Of a DNA stretch of 64,000 bases, positions 9,447-19,089 are shown piece by piece. Each line of letters starts with the position of its first letter. The first letter of the stretch is position 1. Origin of the DNA: Gemmatimonadales bacterium. Lineage in GTDB: Bacteria > Gemmatimonadota > Gemmatimonadetes > Gemmatimonadales > GWC2-71-9. The notes under the pieces are model-generated. The model searched no databases. It was not told the origin of the DNA and was given only the letters and a program-made list of their open reading frames with translations. The stretch lies in contig JBBCJC010000003.1 in NCBI GenBank assembly GCA_037189525.1, positions 64,001-128,000 of the forward strand, written 5' to 3'. A program made the translations under genes and the position numbers.

Positions 9447-10868
9447 ATGACGTTGGCCGACCGACAGCAAGCTGCCGCTCCGTATGGGGGCGCCGTAACC
9501 GTGCAGGACGATGGAGTACGGGTAACCGATGAGGCCGTACTGGCGTCGTCCGCGACGGATCGGGTGGTCTGGCAGGCCGTGTTCGGGAACGCCGCGGAGC
9601 AGGAAGCTGCGCGCTGGTTGCTTTGGGAATTGGGACAGGCGGTCGGGGTCCGTGCGGCGTCGATCCACGACCTGTACCTGGCGCGGGGCCGAGGCGAATG
9701 CAGCGGCTTTACCGTGCCGGCCATCAACGTCCGGATGCTGGCCTACGACACCGCGCGGGCGGTGTTCCGCGCTGCCCAGCGGGGCCAGGCGGGCGCCATT
9801 CTGCTGGAAATTGCCCGGTCGGAAATTGCCTATACCGATCAGCGGCCGGCGGAGTATGTCGCGGTCATGATCGCGGCGGCGCTCCGCGAAGGCTATCGGT
9901 TGCCCATCTTCATTCAGGGCGACCACTGCCAGGTCAACGCCAAGAAGTATCAGGCCGATGCCGACACCGAAGTCTCGGAAGTCAAGAAGCTGATCGCCGA
10001 GGAGGTGGGCGCCGGCTTCTTCAACATCGACGTCGATACCTCGACGCTGGTCGATCTCTCGCATCCGACGCTCGATGCGCAGCAGCGGGAGAACTATGAG
10101 CGGGCCGCCGAGATCACGGCCTTCATCCGCGGCCTCGAACCGCGCGGCGTGACCGTCTCGGTTGGTGCGGAGATCGGTGAAGTCGGCCATAAGAACAGCA
10201 CGGTCGAAGAACTCGATGCGTTCATGGCCGGGTTCAACCGGGCGCTCGCGGCCCGGGGCCCGTCGCTGGCCGGCATCAGCAAGATCTCGGTCCAGACCGG
10301 GACGTCGCATGGCGGTGTGGTGCTGCCCGACGGACGGATCGCCGACGTGAAGCTCGATCTGGTCGCGCTGGAGGCGTTGTCGCGCGTGGCGCGGGATTCC
10401 TACGGCATGGCGGGCGCGGTGCAGCACGGCGCCAGCACATTGCCGGCCGACGCCTTCGGCAACTTTCCGCGGATCGAGACGGCCGAGATCCATCTCGCCA
10501 CCAATTTCCAGTCGATCGTGTTCGACCACCCCGCTTTGCCGGCGGAGTTGCGGGATCGGTCGTACGCCTGGCTCGACCAGAACGCCACCGGCGAGCGGAA
10601 AGACGGCGACACGCCGGAACAGTTCTATTATAGGGCCCGGAAGCGCGCCATCGGGCCGTTCAAGAAGGATTTCTGGTCGCTTCCGGAGGCCACCCGGTCG
10701 GCAATTGCGGCGGATCTGGAGAAGACGTTTACCTTCCTTTTCGAGCAGCTCAAGGTCAACGGAACGGCCGAGCTGGTTCGGCGGCATGTGCAGGCGGCAC
10801 CGCTCCGGCACACAGATCTGACCCGTCCGACGGTGCGGGCGGTCGACGACGCCGACGCGGGCGAATAG
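9447..10868 (+). CDS. Class II fructose-bisphosphate aldolase family protein
   Basis: VPAIN, QGDH, EIGEVG, GTSHGG, VQHGAS metal-binding motifs; GAGG RBS. Confidence 0.85.
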   Translation: MTLADRQQAAAPYGGAVTVQDDGVRVTDEAVLASSATDRVVWQAVFGNAAEQEAARWLLWELGQAVGVRAASIHDLYLARGRGECSGFTVPAINVRMLAYDTARAVFRAAQRGQAGAILLEIARSEIAYTDQRPAEYVAVMIAAALREGYRLPIFIQGDHCQVNAKKYQADADTEVSEVKKLIAEEVGAGFFNIDVDTSTLVDLSHPTLDAQQRENYERAAEITAFIRGLEPRGVTVSVGAEIGEVGHKNSTVEELDAFMAGFNRALAARGPSLAGISKISVQTGTSHGGVVLPDGRIADVKLDLVALEALSRVARDSYGMAGAVQHGASTLPADAFGNFPRIETAEIHLATNFQSIVFDHPALPAELRDRSYAWLDQNATGERKDGDTPEQFYYRARKRAIGPFKKDFWSLPEATRSAIAADLEKTFTFLFEQLKVNGTAELVRRHVQAAPLRHTDLTRPTVRAVDDADAGE

Positions 10869-10888
10869 GCTTCGGAAGGAGGTCCGGG

Positions 10889-11365
10889 ATGGGACGGGAT
10901 GAACGTGAGGTGCTGATCGTCGAGCAGGAGCGGGGCGGTGCGCTCGGATGGGCGCTGTTCGGGGCGGCGCTCGGCGCCGGCCTGGCGTTGCTCTTTGCGC
11001 CGCGGACGGGCCGCGAGACGCGCCGGGAGTTGCGGCGCGGTTTGCGCGGGTTGCGGAACCTAGCCGACGAAACGCTCGACGAGCTGCGCAGCGGCGTGCG
11101 CGACGAAGAGAGCGATCTGCGTTCGATGGTCGACGGTGCGGGCGCCTACGACGACGAAGAGGAAGAGTACTACGAGGACGATCCCGACCTGGACGAACTC
11201 GACGTCGAGGACGAGGTCGAAGACAGCGTGGAGGAAGAAGAAGAGGAAGAGGTGACCGAGGCGTCGTCGGCACGTGACGAACTCGAGCGCCGCCTCGAAG
11301 CAGCCCGGGCCCGGCGGCGGCGCGCCGTACCGGATGATCCGGAGGAAGAGGAGCCCGTCGCCTGA
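10889..11365 (+). CDS. YtxH domain protein with a long acidic tract
   Basis: GAALGAGLALLFAPRTGRETR signature; AGGAGG RBS. Confidence 0.85.
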   Translation: MGRDEREVLIVEQERGGALGWALFGAALGAGLALLFAPRTGRETRRELRRGLRGLRNLADETLDELRSGVRDEESDLRSMVDGAGAYDDEEEEYYEDDPDLDELDVEDEVEDSVEEEEEEEVTEASSARDELERRLEAARARRRRAVPDDPEEEEPVA

Positions 11366-11418
11366 GCAACGGGCGTGTTCCCGGGTGGCACCGGTCGCTC
11401 GGCGGTTTCGTCCGCCGA

Positions 11419-12279
11419 GTGCTCCAGGCCGCCGATGAAAACCGGATTCCCTTTCTGGCGAGTGCGCTGACCTTCGACGCCATCCTCGCCGCCATTCCCC
11501 TCTTCGTGCTCGTGCTTGCCGGTTTGTCCTGGGCGGTCGGCAAGACCGGGGGCGATCCCGAACAAATCAGCCACTTCATCGAACGGTTTCTGCCACCCCA
11601 TGAAACCGAGCCCGGCTACGATCCCTTCGAGGCGGTCGAAGCGTTCCTCGCCAAGCTGGTCGTTTCGGCGCGCCAGTTGTCGATCGTCGCGGTGCCGGCC
11701 TTCCTGTGGTTCAGCACCCGCCTGTTTGCATCGGTGCGCACCGCGCTCAACGAGATCTACGACCTGTCGGTCCGCCCGGTCCATCGCCACTTCCTGCTGC
11801 AGTTCATTTTCGGAAAACTGCGGGACCTGCGGATGGTGGTCATCACCGTCCTGCTGGTGCTGGTGAATACCTTCCTGGCGGCGGCGTTTACGCTGCTGCA
11901 GGCGCGCGGGCAGGAGTGGGCGCCGGGGTTCGAGTTTTTCTTTACGACCTTTGGGCGCCTCTCCAGCGAGTTGCTCGCCTTTCTGTTCCTGGTCACCCTG
12001 TTCTTTCTGGTTTACCACTTTGCCTCGATGCGCCGGCCGCCCCTCCGGGCAACCCTCATCGCCTCCCTCTTCTCGGCGGTGTTGTTCGAAGCGGCCAAGC
12101 GCGGATTCGGTCTCTACCTCCGCAATACCATGTATGCGCAGATGTCGGTCGACGTCAACGTCGGTGCGGCGATTCTGTTCGTACTCTGGATGTACTACTC
12201 GGCGCTGGTGTTCCTCCTGGGTGGCGTGGTAGCCGAAACGTGGGAGCTCCGATACCTCCAGCGGAAGCAGCGCGCCTGA
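11419..12279 (+). CDS. YihY/virulence factor BrkB family membrane protein (start may be near 11362)
   Basis: ASALTF, ALNEIY, LFEAAKRGFGLYL, LWMYYSALVFLLG; multiple TM segments. Confidence 0.85.
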   Translation: MLQAADENRIPFLASALTFDAILAAIPLFVLVLAGLSWAVGKTGGDPEQISHFIERFLPPHETEPGYDPFEAVEAFLAKLVVSARQLSIVAVPAFLWFSTRLFASVRTALNEIYDLSVRPVHRHFLLQFIFGKLRDLRMVVITVLLVLVNTFLAAAFTLLQARGQEWAPGFEFFFTTFGRLSSELLAFLFLVTLFFLVYHFASMRRPPLRATLIASLFSAVLFEAAKRGFGLYLRNTMYAQMSVDVNVGAAILFVLWMYYSALVFLLGGVVAETWELRYLQRKQRA

Positions 12280-12575
12280 CGGGTGATTGTCGGATAAGGC
12301 GGTGGCCGAAAAGGCGGGAGCTCCGATTTCTCCAGCAGAAGCAGCGCACCTGACGAGCGATCGTTGTGTCACGCGGTGGCCGAAAAGTGTGGAAGCTTCG
12401 TTTCCTCCACGGAAATGGCGCGCCTGACGCATGCGATCACTGGGCAGCGTGGTGGCTGAGACGGGAAGCTCCGATATCCAGCGGGGCAACGCACCTGATG
12501 CGTGCGGTTGCTGAGCGGTGTGGTGGCCGAAATAGGGAAACTCCGACATCTCTAGCGGAAACGATGCTCCCGATG
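12226..12575 (+). repeat. Five degenerate tandem copies (71-76 bp period) of the yihY 3' end
   Basis: Units start at 12226, 12299, 12373, 12449 and 12520; approximate consensus GYGGTRGCCGAAA..GGRAGCTCCGAT..CTCCAGCGGAAGCAGCGCRCCTGAC. Confidence 0.85.
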
Positions 12576-12689
12576 TCGTCGGTAGCTACGTATGTCGAAC
12601 CACGCGTGCGCTCGGCCGAAGTTTGTCCGGCGGGTCGAATGCCGGTGCGAACCGGCGCTGCTCTACTGGAAACGGCTGGAAGAAGGAGG

Positions 12690-12792
12690 AGTGCCCCAGG
12701 CACCCCGAAGCGATGCCGGAAATCGCTTAGCGCTGCTACCGGCAAGGTCCTGACGCGGTTCGCGCACCTGCACCCTTCGGACCTGGGGCGCC
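12690..12792 (-). ncRNA. ffs: Signal recognition particle RNA (4.5S, small bacterial type)
   Basis: Minus strand CGAACCGCGTCAGG-ACC-TTGCC-GGT-AGCAGC core; closing helices GCCCCAGG/CCTGGGGC and CCGAAG/CTTCGG; adjacent to dnaX. Confidence 0.85.
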
Positions 12793-12883
12793 GGTAAAGT
12801 AGGGGGACGGCCGGGCCAGGGGAAGGGCATTTCCGGCCTCCGGACGGGATGCGGGGGCCGCCCGAATCGTCTAGATTGTCCCC

Positions 12884-14608
12884 GTGATCGCACTTGCCCG
12901 CAAGTATCGCCCGCGCCGGTTCGCCGATCTGCTCGTCCAGGACCATGTCGCCGCCGCCTTGAGTGGCGCGGTCGCCCGCAATCGGGTCGGCCACGGCTAC
13001 CTCCTGACCGGCCCTCGCGGGGTCGGAAAGACGACAGCCGCCCGTATTCTCGCCATGGCGCTCAATTGTGAGCGCCAGGACCCCGGTGCCCTCACCGGTG
13101 AGCCCTGCGGCGAATGCCCGACCTGCGAACGGATCTGGGGTGGGTCCGCCAACCTCGACGTGGTCGAGATCGACGCGGCCAGCAATCGCAGCGTGGATGA
13201 CGCCCGCGACCTCCGCGAGCGCGCCATGTATGCCGCGTCGCAGGAGAACCGCTACAAGGTCTATATCGTCGACGAAGCGCACATGCTGACGCGTGAAGCG
13301 TGGAACGCGCTCCTCAAGATCCTGGAGGAACCGCCGCCGCGGGTCGTCTTCGTCTTTGCCACCACCGAGCCGCAGAAGATTGCCAACACCGCGGCGCCGG
13401 TGCTCTCCCGGTTGCAGCGCTTCGACTTCAAACGGATCGGCGTCTCCGCCATTCGTGATCGGGTCGGCCAGGTGCTTGCTGCGGAAGGCGTGGCCGCGGA
13501 CGACGATGCGGTCACCGTGATTGCGCGCTATGCCGATGGCGGGATGCGGGACGCGCTCTCGGTGCTGGATCAGGCGCTTTCGCTCGCGGAAGGTCCGCTG
13601 ACCGCGGCGCGGGTGCGCCAGGCGCTCGGGCTGATCAGCGATGAGCTGTACGCCGATGTACTCGACGCGGTGGCGCGCAAGGATGCCGCCGCCATTTTCC
13701 CGGTCGTCGATGCGCTACTGGCGGCGGGCGCCGATCTGGTCGAGTTCGTCAATGGGATGGCGGAACTGCTGCGCGCGGTATTGATGATGGCCACCGGCGC
13801 CGAGCCGGAGGGGCTGACCGCTGCGCAGCGAGAGGTCATTGCCGCCGCCAAAGACCGGCTCGCCGCCGGCGATGTGCTGCGGATGCTGGGCCTGCTCACC
13901 CAGGCCGAGATTTCGATCCGGCGGAGCGCCAACCCGCGGCTGGTCGTCGAAACGCTGTTGCTGCGCTGGGCCTTGATGGACCGGACCGTCGACCTGGAAG
14001 CGGTGCTGCAAGGGCAGGGCGCCTCCGGGCCGTCCGAGGCCGGGCCTCCCGCCCGTAGCGCCGCGCCCTCAGCCCCGGTGGCCCGGAGCAGCGCCCCCGC
14101 TCGGCCCGCCGCTACCCGTGAAGCGCCGGCGAGTTCCCCTCCCGCTGCGCCTCCGCCGGCGCCGCGACCGGCTTCCGGGCCCGCCCTCTCGGGGCCGTTG
14201 ACCGCGGCGTCGTTGGCCGGCATCTGGCCTGAAGTGGTCGTGGCGGCCCGGCAGCGTGGTTCGCTCGCCGCGATGGTGGCGGAACACCTGACCCCGGGGG
14301 ACATTGCCGGCGACGCCCTCACGCTGGTCCTGGCGGAGGATCAGGCCCATCTCCTCGAGGGAGCCGAGCGGCAGCGGACTCAACTCGAATCGGCGCTGAC
14401 CGAAGTGGTGGGGCGACCGGTCCAAATCACCGCAATCGTGGCAGCCGGAGCAGCTACGGCGGCCCCAGTACCGGAACCGACTGCGAACCAACCTCGTAAA
14501 CGACTGTCTGAGAAAGACTTACGTAGCGCCAGACTGCGCGAGCTCCGGACCAAAGACGCAGCGTTGGATGCGGCGGCTGACGCGTTAGATTTGGAGATTG
14601 TGGACTAG
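12884..14608 (+). CDS. dnaX: DNA polymerase III subunit gamma/tau
   Basis: LARKYRP, GPRGVGKTT, Zn-binding cysteines, EIDAASN, DEAHML, Pro/Ala linker. Confidence 0.97.
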   Translation: MIALARKYRPRRFADLLVQDHVAAALSGAVARNRVGHGYLLTGPRGVGKTTAARILAMALNCERQDPGALTGEPCGECPTCERIWGGSANLDVVEIDAASNRSVDDARDLRERAMYAASQENRYKVYIVDEAHMLTREAWNALLKILEEPPPRVVFVFATTEPQKIANTAAPVLSRLQRFDFKRIGVSAIRDRVGQVLAAEGVAADDDAVTVIARYADGGMRDALSVLDQALSLAEGPLTAARVRQALGLISDELYADVLDAVARKDAAAIFPVVDALLAAGADLVEFVNGMAELLRAVLMMATGAEPEGLTAAQREVIAAAKDRLAAGDVLRMLGLLTQAEISIRRSANPRLVVETLLLRWALMDRTVDLEAVLQGQGASGPSEAGPPARSAAPSAPVARSSAPARPAATREAPASSPPAAPPPAPRPASGPALSGPLTAASLAGIWPEVVVAARQRGSLAAMVAEHLTPGDIAGDALTLVLAEDQAHLLEGAERQRTQLESALTEVVGRPVQITAIVAAGAATAAPVPEPTANQPRKRLSEKDLRSARLRELRTKDAALDAAADALDLEIVD

Positions 14609-14613
14609 GTATC

Positions 14614-14922
14614 ATGGCCGATTTTCAGCAGTTATTGCAATTGAGTCAGCAGATGCAGGGCCGCCTCCAGCAGCTCCAGGCGGACCTGGCTGACCGAATC
14701 GTCGAGGCCTCGGCCGGCGGCGGTATGGTCCGTGTCACAGCCGACGGGCGCGGCATGATCCGGCAGTTGTCGATCGAGCCGGCGGCCTTCGAGGGGCGCG
14801 ACGCCGAGTTGTTGTCCGATCTGGTGCTGTCGGCGGTGGCAGAGGCGCAGCGCCGGGCGGCGGAAACGGCGCAGGCCGAAATGCGGAAGGCGCAGGGACT
14901 CCCGTCGATTCCCGGGCTGTAA
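14614..14922 (+). CDS. ybaB: YbaB/EbfC nucleoid-associated protein
   Basis: QQMQ...SAGGGMVRVT...LSDLVLSA; dnaX-ybaB-recR synteny. Confidence 0.92.
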   Translation: MADFQQLLQLSQQMQGRLQQLQADLADRIVEASAGGGMVRVTADGRGMIRQLSIEPAAFEGRDAELLSDLVLSAVAEAQRRAAETAQAEMRKAQGLPSIPGL

Positions 14923-14925
14923 TCA

Positions 14926-15516
14926 GTGGCCGCAATCGAAGACCTGGTCGTCGAACTGGCCAAGCTGCCCGGCATCGGTCGCAAGACGGCGCAGCGACTC
15001 GCTTTTCATCTCCTGCAGCAGCCCAAAGATCGTCTGACTCGGCTCGCCGGGGCGCTGCACGCGGTGGTCGACCGGGTCAGCAGTTGCCAGGATTGCGGGA
15101 ATTATTGCGAAGGGCACCAGTGCGCGATCTGCGCTGATCCTCGCCGGGATGCGGCGGTGCTCTGCGTCGTCGAAGAACCGGCGGCGGTTACGCAGGTCGA
15201 GCGGGCAACCGGCTATCGCGGGCGTTATTTGGTGCTGGGCGGCCGTCTGTCGCCGCTCGAAGGGGTTGGTCCCGACCAGCTCCGCATTCCGTTGCTCAAG
15301 CGGCTGGTGGCCGAGGGCGCGGTTCGCGAGGTGATCCTGGCGACCAACCCGTCGCTCGAAGGGGAGGCTACCGCTACATTCATCCAGCAAGTGCTGTCCG
15401 GTACGGGCGTTCGGGTCAGTCGGCTGGCCCGGGGTTTGCCGGTTGGCGGGGATCTCGAGTACATCGACGGCATCACGCTGAGTCATGCGTTGGAGGCCCG
15501 GCAGGAGGTGTCGTGA
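14926..15516 (+). CDS. recR: Recombination mediator RecR
   Basis: LPGIGRKTAQRL, C4 zinc finger, TOPRIM ILATNPSLEGEATA, GLPVGGDLEY. Confidence 0.97.
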   Translation: MAAIEDLVVELAKLPGIGRKTAQRLAFHLLQQPKDRLTRLAGALHAVVDRVSSCQDCGNYCEGHQCAICADPRRDAAVLCVVEEPAAVTQVERATGYRGRYLVLGGRLSPLEGVGPDQLRIPLLKRLVAEGAVREVILATNPSLEGEATATFIQQVLSGTGVRVSRLARGLPVGGDLEYIDGITLSHALEARQEVS

Positions 15517-15785
15517 GGCCAGCACGAGCATTGACCTTGAGCGCTGCGCTGGTGGCGGGATTCGCGGGGGGATGGTATCTCGCGGGGCGTCATCTGGAAC
15601 ATCACAAGGCGGCGCTGTTCAGTCGGAATCGGATGCGGCGCATGGCCGCGTTGAGCTACCTGGCGGGTCAGCCCCGCGTGGAGACGCTTCGCGTGCTGTC
15701 CGACTACATGGCGTGGGAGCCGGTGCCGGCGCTCAGGAAGCGGGCTGCCCGGGTGCGGCGCCGTCTCGAACGCGAACTGGTCTGA
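15513..15785 (+). CDS. Small membrane-anchored hypothetical protein (HEAT-like helices)
   Basis: GTGA overlap with the recR stop, GGAGG RBS, N-terminal TM segment. Confidence 0.7.
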   Translation: MRPARALTLSAALVAGFAGGWYLAGRHLEHHKAALFSRNRMRRMAALSYLAGQPRVETLRVLSDYMAWEPVPALRKRAARVRRRLERELV

Positions 15786-15798
15786 CGGGGAGAATGGC

Positions 15799-16290
15799 TT
15801 GGTGACGAGCGCCAGTTGGTCCCTGCGCGAAGACGACGCGGCCAGGATCCGTGCGATTCTCGACGGGCTCCTGGCGGAGGCCAACGCGCGGACGGCGCTC
15901 CTGGTCGATCGCACCGGGCAGATGCTGGCCACGGCAGGTGAGCAGCCGACCTTCGATCCGGTGGCGTTTGCGTCGCTCACCGCGGCAGACTTCAGTGCCA
16001 ACGATCAGCTGGCGCGGATGCTCGGCGAGCCCGAGTTCGGGGCGCTGTTCCATCAGGGTGAAAAAGAATCCCTCTATCTCGCGGACATCGCCCGCCGGGT
16101 GATTCTGGTGATCCGGTTCGACAACCGGACGACGCTGGGTCTGGTCAAGCTGCGGGTGCGCAGCGTAGTGACCAGGCTCACGGCGCTGTTTACCGAGATG
16201 TTTGAACGGCAGAACGCCGAGTCGCCTCGCGTGGAAGCGGCGTTCCTCGGCGAAGCGGAAGACGAGATCGACAAACTTTTCGGGTCGTGA
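15799..16290 (+). CDS. mglB: MglB roadblock/LC7 GTPase-activating protein
   Basis: [33 protein letters not shown], acidic C-terminal 'EIDKLF' helix. Confidence 0.9.
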   Translation: MVTSASWSLREDDAARIRAILDGLLAEANARTALLVDRTGQMLATAGEQPTFDPVAFASLTAADFSANDQLARMLGEPEFGALFHQGEKESLYLADIARRVILVIRFDNRTTLGLVKLRVRSVVTRLTALFTEMFERQNAESPRVEAAFLGEAEDEIDKLFGS

Positions 16291-16300
16291 GGCAGGGCGG

Positions 16301-16975
16301 ATGTCGCTCATCAACTATGCGTCGCGGGAAATCAACTGCAAGCTGGTCTATTACGGCCCGGGACTCGGCGGTAAGACGACCAACCTCGAGTATATCTACG
16401 AAAAGGTATCGCCGTCCTCGAAAGGGAAGATGATTTCCCTGGCGACCGAGACCGAGCGGACCCTCTTCTTCGATTTTCTCCCGGTTGACCTCGGCACCAT
16501 CCGCGGTTTCAAGACCCGGTTCCATCTCTATACCGTGCCGGGCCAGGTCTACTACAACGCCTCGCGCAAGCTGATCCTCAAGGGCGTCGATGGCGTGGTG
16601 TTCGTGGCCGACAGCCAGATCGAACGGATGGAGGCCAACGTCGAGTCGATGCAGAATCTCTACGACAATCTGCTCCAGCACGGCTACGACCTGACCAAGA
16701 TTCCCTTCGTAATCCAGTACAACAAGCGCGATCTTCCGAACGCGGCGCCGCTCGATGAGCTGCAGGAAAACCTCAATCCCGGCTGGCCGGTGGAAGACCC
16801 TGCCAAGCAGCGCACCGTGCCGAATCCCGATCGCGGCGGCGAATTTCTGGTCGAGCAGCTGGACGGGACCTGGATCGAACGGGCGCCGTATTTCGAAGCG
16901 GTGGCGGTGCGCGGCGACGGAGTCTTCGATACGCTCCGCTCGATCAGTAAACTCGTGCTGAAGACGCTGGGGTGA
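16301..16975 (+). CDS. mglA: MglA small Ras-like GTPase
   Basis: [46 protein letters not shown]. Confidence 0.95.
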   Translation: MSLINYASREINCKLVYYGPGLGGKTTNLEYIYEKVSPSSKGKMISLATETERTLFFDFLPVDLGTIRGFKTRFHLYTVPGQVYYNASRKLILKGVDGVVFVADSQIERMEANVESMQNLYDNLLQHGYDLTKIPFVIQYNKRDLPNAAPLDELQENLNPGWPVEDPAKQRTVPNPDRGGEFLVEQLDGTWIERAPYFEAVAVRGDGVFDTLRSISKLVLKTLG

Positions 16976-17616
16976 GTACCGCCAAGCAGATCTGGACACT
17001 GCCCAACCTTCTGACCGTTGGCAGGATCGCGATTACGCCGGTGATTGCGTACCTGCCGTTCATCGGCGGCTACTGGACCAAGCTACTCACCTTCGTCGTT
17101 TTTCTCGTGGCGGCCATCAGCGATGTGATCGACGGCCGGCTGGCCCGGTCGCGCAACATGGTGTCCGATCTGGGTAAGCTGCTCGATCCGCTGGCGGACA
17201 AACTGCTCCTGATCGCCACGATCGTGCCGATCTACTTCGTGGCGCAGGACCGCCGCGATCTCTACGACATTCCGCTCTGGCGGAGTATTCCGCTCTGGGT
17301 CTGCGTGATCCTGATCGGACGCGAGTTTGCCATGACGGCCTTCCGGTGGTGGGCCAAACGCCGCGGCGTCATTGTCGCTGCGCAGGGTCCAGGCAAGCTC
17401 AAGGCCGTGTTCCAGAACATCTTCGTCGGCGGCACCATCCTCTGGTTTGCGTTTCGCGACGCCTGGAATCCGCTGGCGTTGCATGAGAGCGCCTTCTGGC
17501 AGGGATGGAAGAGTTTCCACGGCCACTTCGTCTCCATCTCGCTCGCGATTGCCACGGCGCTGACCGTTTATTCGTTCATCGTCTACCTCTACCGCTACCG
17601 CCAGCTGCTCAAGTAA
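16972..17616 (+). CDS. pgsA: CDP-alcohol phosphatidyltransferase (PgsA-like)
   Basis: [15 protein letters not shown]...[10 protein letters not shown]. Confidence 0.85.
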   Translation: MSTAKQIWTLPNLLTVGRIAITPVIAYLPFIGGYWTKLLTFVVFLVAAISDVIDGRLARSRNMVSDLGKLLDPLADKLLLIATIVPIYFVAQDRRDLYDIPLWRSIPLWVCVILIGREFAMTAFRWWAKRRGVIVAAQGPGKLKAVFQNIFVGGTILWFAFRDAWNPLALHESAFWQGWKSFHGHFVSISLAIATALTVYSFIVYLYRYRQLLK

Positions 17617-17622
17617 GGTCCC

Positions 17623-18885
17623 ATGCCGCACCCGCCGGCCTCGCTCGATCTCGAACTCATCACGATCGGTACCGAGCTGCTGCTCGGATTCACGGTCGAT
17701 ACCAATTCTGCGTTCATCGGCCAGACCCTCGCATCCGTCGGCGTCAGAGTGACTCGGCGGACGTCGGTGTCGGACGAGGGCGCCGCGATCAGTGCCGCGG
17801 TGGCCGAAGCCCTGGCGCGGTCGTCGCTGGTCATTACGGTCGGCGGGCTGGGCCCGACCCGGGACGATCTGACCAAGCGCGTCATCGCCGATCTCTTCGG
17901 CGCACCGCTTCATTTCCAGCAGGATCTCTGGGACCAACTGGTGGCGCGCTTTGCCCGGCTGGGCCGGGTGCCGGCGCCCTCCAACCGCTCGCAAGCCGAA
18001 GTTCCCGAGGGCGCGCTGGTGCTGCCTAACGCTCGCGGCACGGCGCCCGGACTCTGGCTTTCGGGAGAGCCCGGCGAGGTCATCATGCTGCCGGGCGTCC
18101 CGTCCGAGATGCGCGGTTTGATGGAAACCGGGGTGCTGCCTCGGCTTCGCGAGCGCACCGGGGGGCGCGGGGCGGTCACGACCCGGATTTTCCGGACCAC
18201 GGCGATTCCTGAGTCGACTCTGGCAGAGCGGCTGGAGGCCGTCGAGGATACGCTTGGTGGGCTGACGCTGGGATACGCGCCGGGGTACGAAGGGGTCGAT
18301 CTGCGGCTCACCTCCTGGGGTGGGACCCCGGAAGGAGCCGCCGAAGCGCTCGATCGCGCCGAAACCCAGATTCGGGCGGCGGCAGGTACGCACTGCTACG
18401 GCACCGGTGATGCCGACCTTTCCGCCGTGCTGTTGGACGCCTGCAAGCAGCGCGGCCTGACCGTGGCCGTCGCGGAGAGCTGCACCGGCGGGCTGGTGGG
18501 ACAAAGACTGACCGAGGTGCCGGGCTGCTCGTCGGCTTTTCGTGGCGGTGTGATTGCCTACCACAACGAGCTCAAGACCAGCCTGCTGGGGGTGCCGGAG
18601 TCGATGCTCCAGGCTCACGGCGCGGTCAGCGAACCGGTGGTCCGGGCCATGGTCCAGGGTGCGGCCCGGATCACGGGCGCCGGGGTGGCCGTGTCGGTCT
18701 CCGGGATTGCCGGACCGGACGGCGGGTCGGAGGAGAAACCGGTTGGGACGGTCTGGTTCGGCTTCCTGGCCGGCGACCGGGTCGAGGCCGCCCGGATCAT
18801 CTTCCCGGGGTCCAGGGCCGAGATCAGGGCGCGGGCTGCCCAGTACGCCCTGTACGGGCTCTGGCGGCTGGTGGAGGGGGGCTGA
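17623..18885 (+). CDS. cinA: Competence/damage-inducible CinA (MoCF domain plus PncC domain)
   Basis: IGTELLLG..VDTN, GGLGPTRDDLT, LPGVPSEM, AESCTGG, SGIAGPDGG. Confidence 0.93.
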   Translation: MPHPPASLDLELITIGTELLLGFTVDTNSAFIGQTLASVGVRVTRRTSVSDEGAAISAAVAEALARSSLVITVGGLGPTRDDLTKRVIADLFGAPLHFQQDLWDQLVARFARLGRVPAPSNRSQAEVPEGALVLPNARGTAPGLWLSGEPGEVIMLPGVPSEMRGLMETGVLPRLRERTGGRGAVTTRIFRTTAIPESTLAERLEAVEDTLGGLTLGYAPGYEGVDLRLTSWGGTPEGAAEALDRAETQIRAAAGTHCYGTGDADLSAVLLDACKQRGLTVAVAESCTGGLVGQRLTEVPGCSSAFRGGVIAYHNELKTSLLGVPESMLQAHGAVSEPVVRAMVQGAARITGAGVAVSVSGIAGPDGGSEEKPVGTVWFGFLAGDRVEAARIIFPGSRAEIRARAAQYALYGLWRLVEGG

Positions 18886-19089
18886 CAGAGGGAGGCTGGT
18901 GAGGGGCGTAGCTGGCGGTGTCGCCCTACTCCTGAGCCCGTCGTTGTGCCAAATTGACAGAGAAACTCGGAACGCCAGTTGCCGTACGTGGGGTGCAACA
19001 GGCGGTGCGGCACGGGTCTTCACGATCGGTGGCGCGGCTGCTGCCTTGATCAAGCCAAAACGACCGAATGCTAGACGGGATGCGAAGTA

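Noticed and set aside
12226..12575. CRISPR array
   Set aside because: The repeats are about 55 bp and degenerate, the linkers are only 18-20 nt and partly similar to each other, the first unit is coding, and there are no cas genes in the window.
12884..14608. Programmed frameshift in dnaX
   Set aside because: I saw no A-AAA-AAG or poly-A slippery tract.
19008..19023. Sigma-54 promoter upstream of grpE (CGGCACG-N4-TTCA)
   Set aside because: The -12 element lacks the conserved GC.
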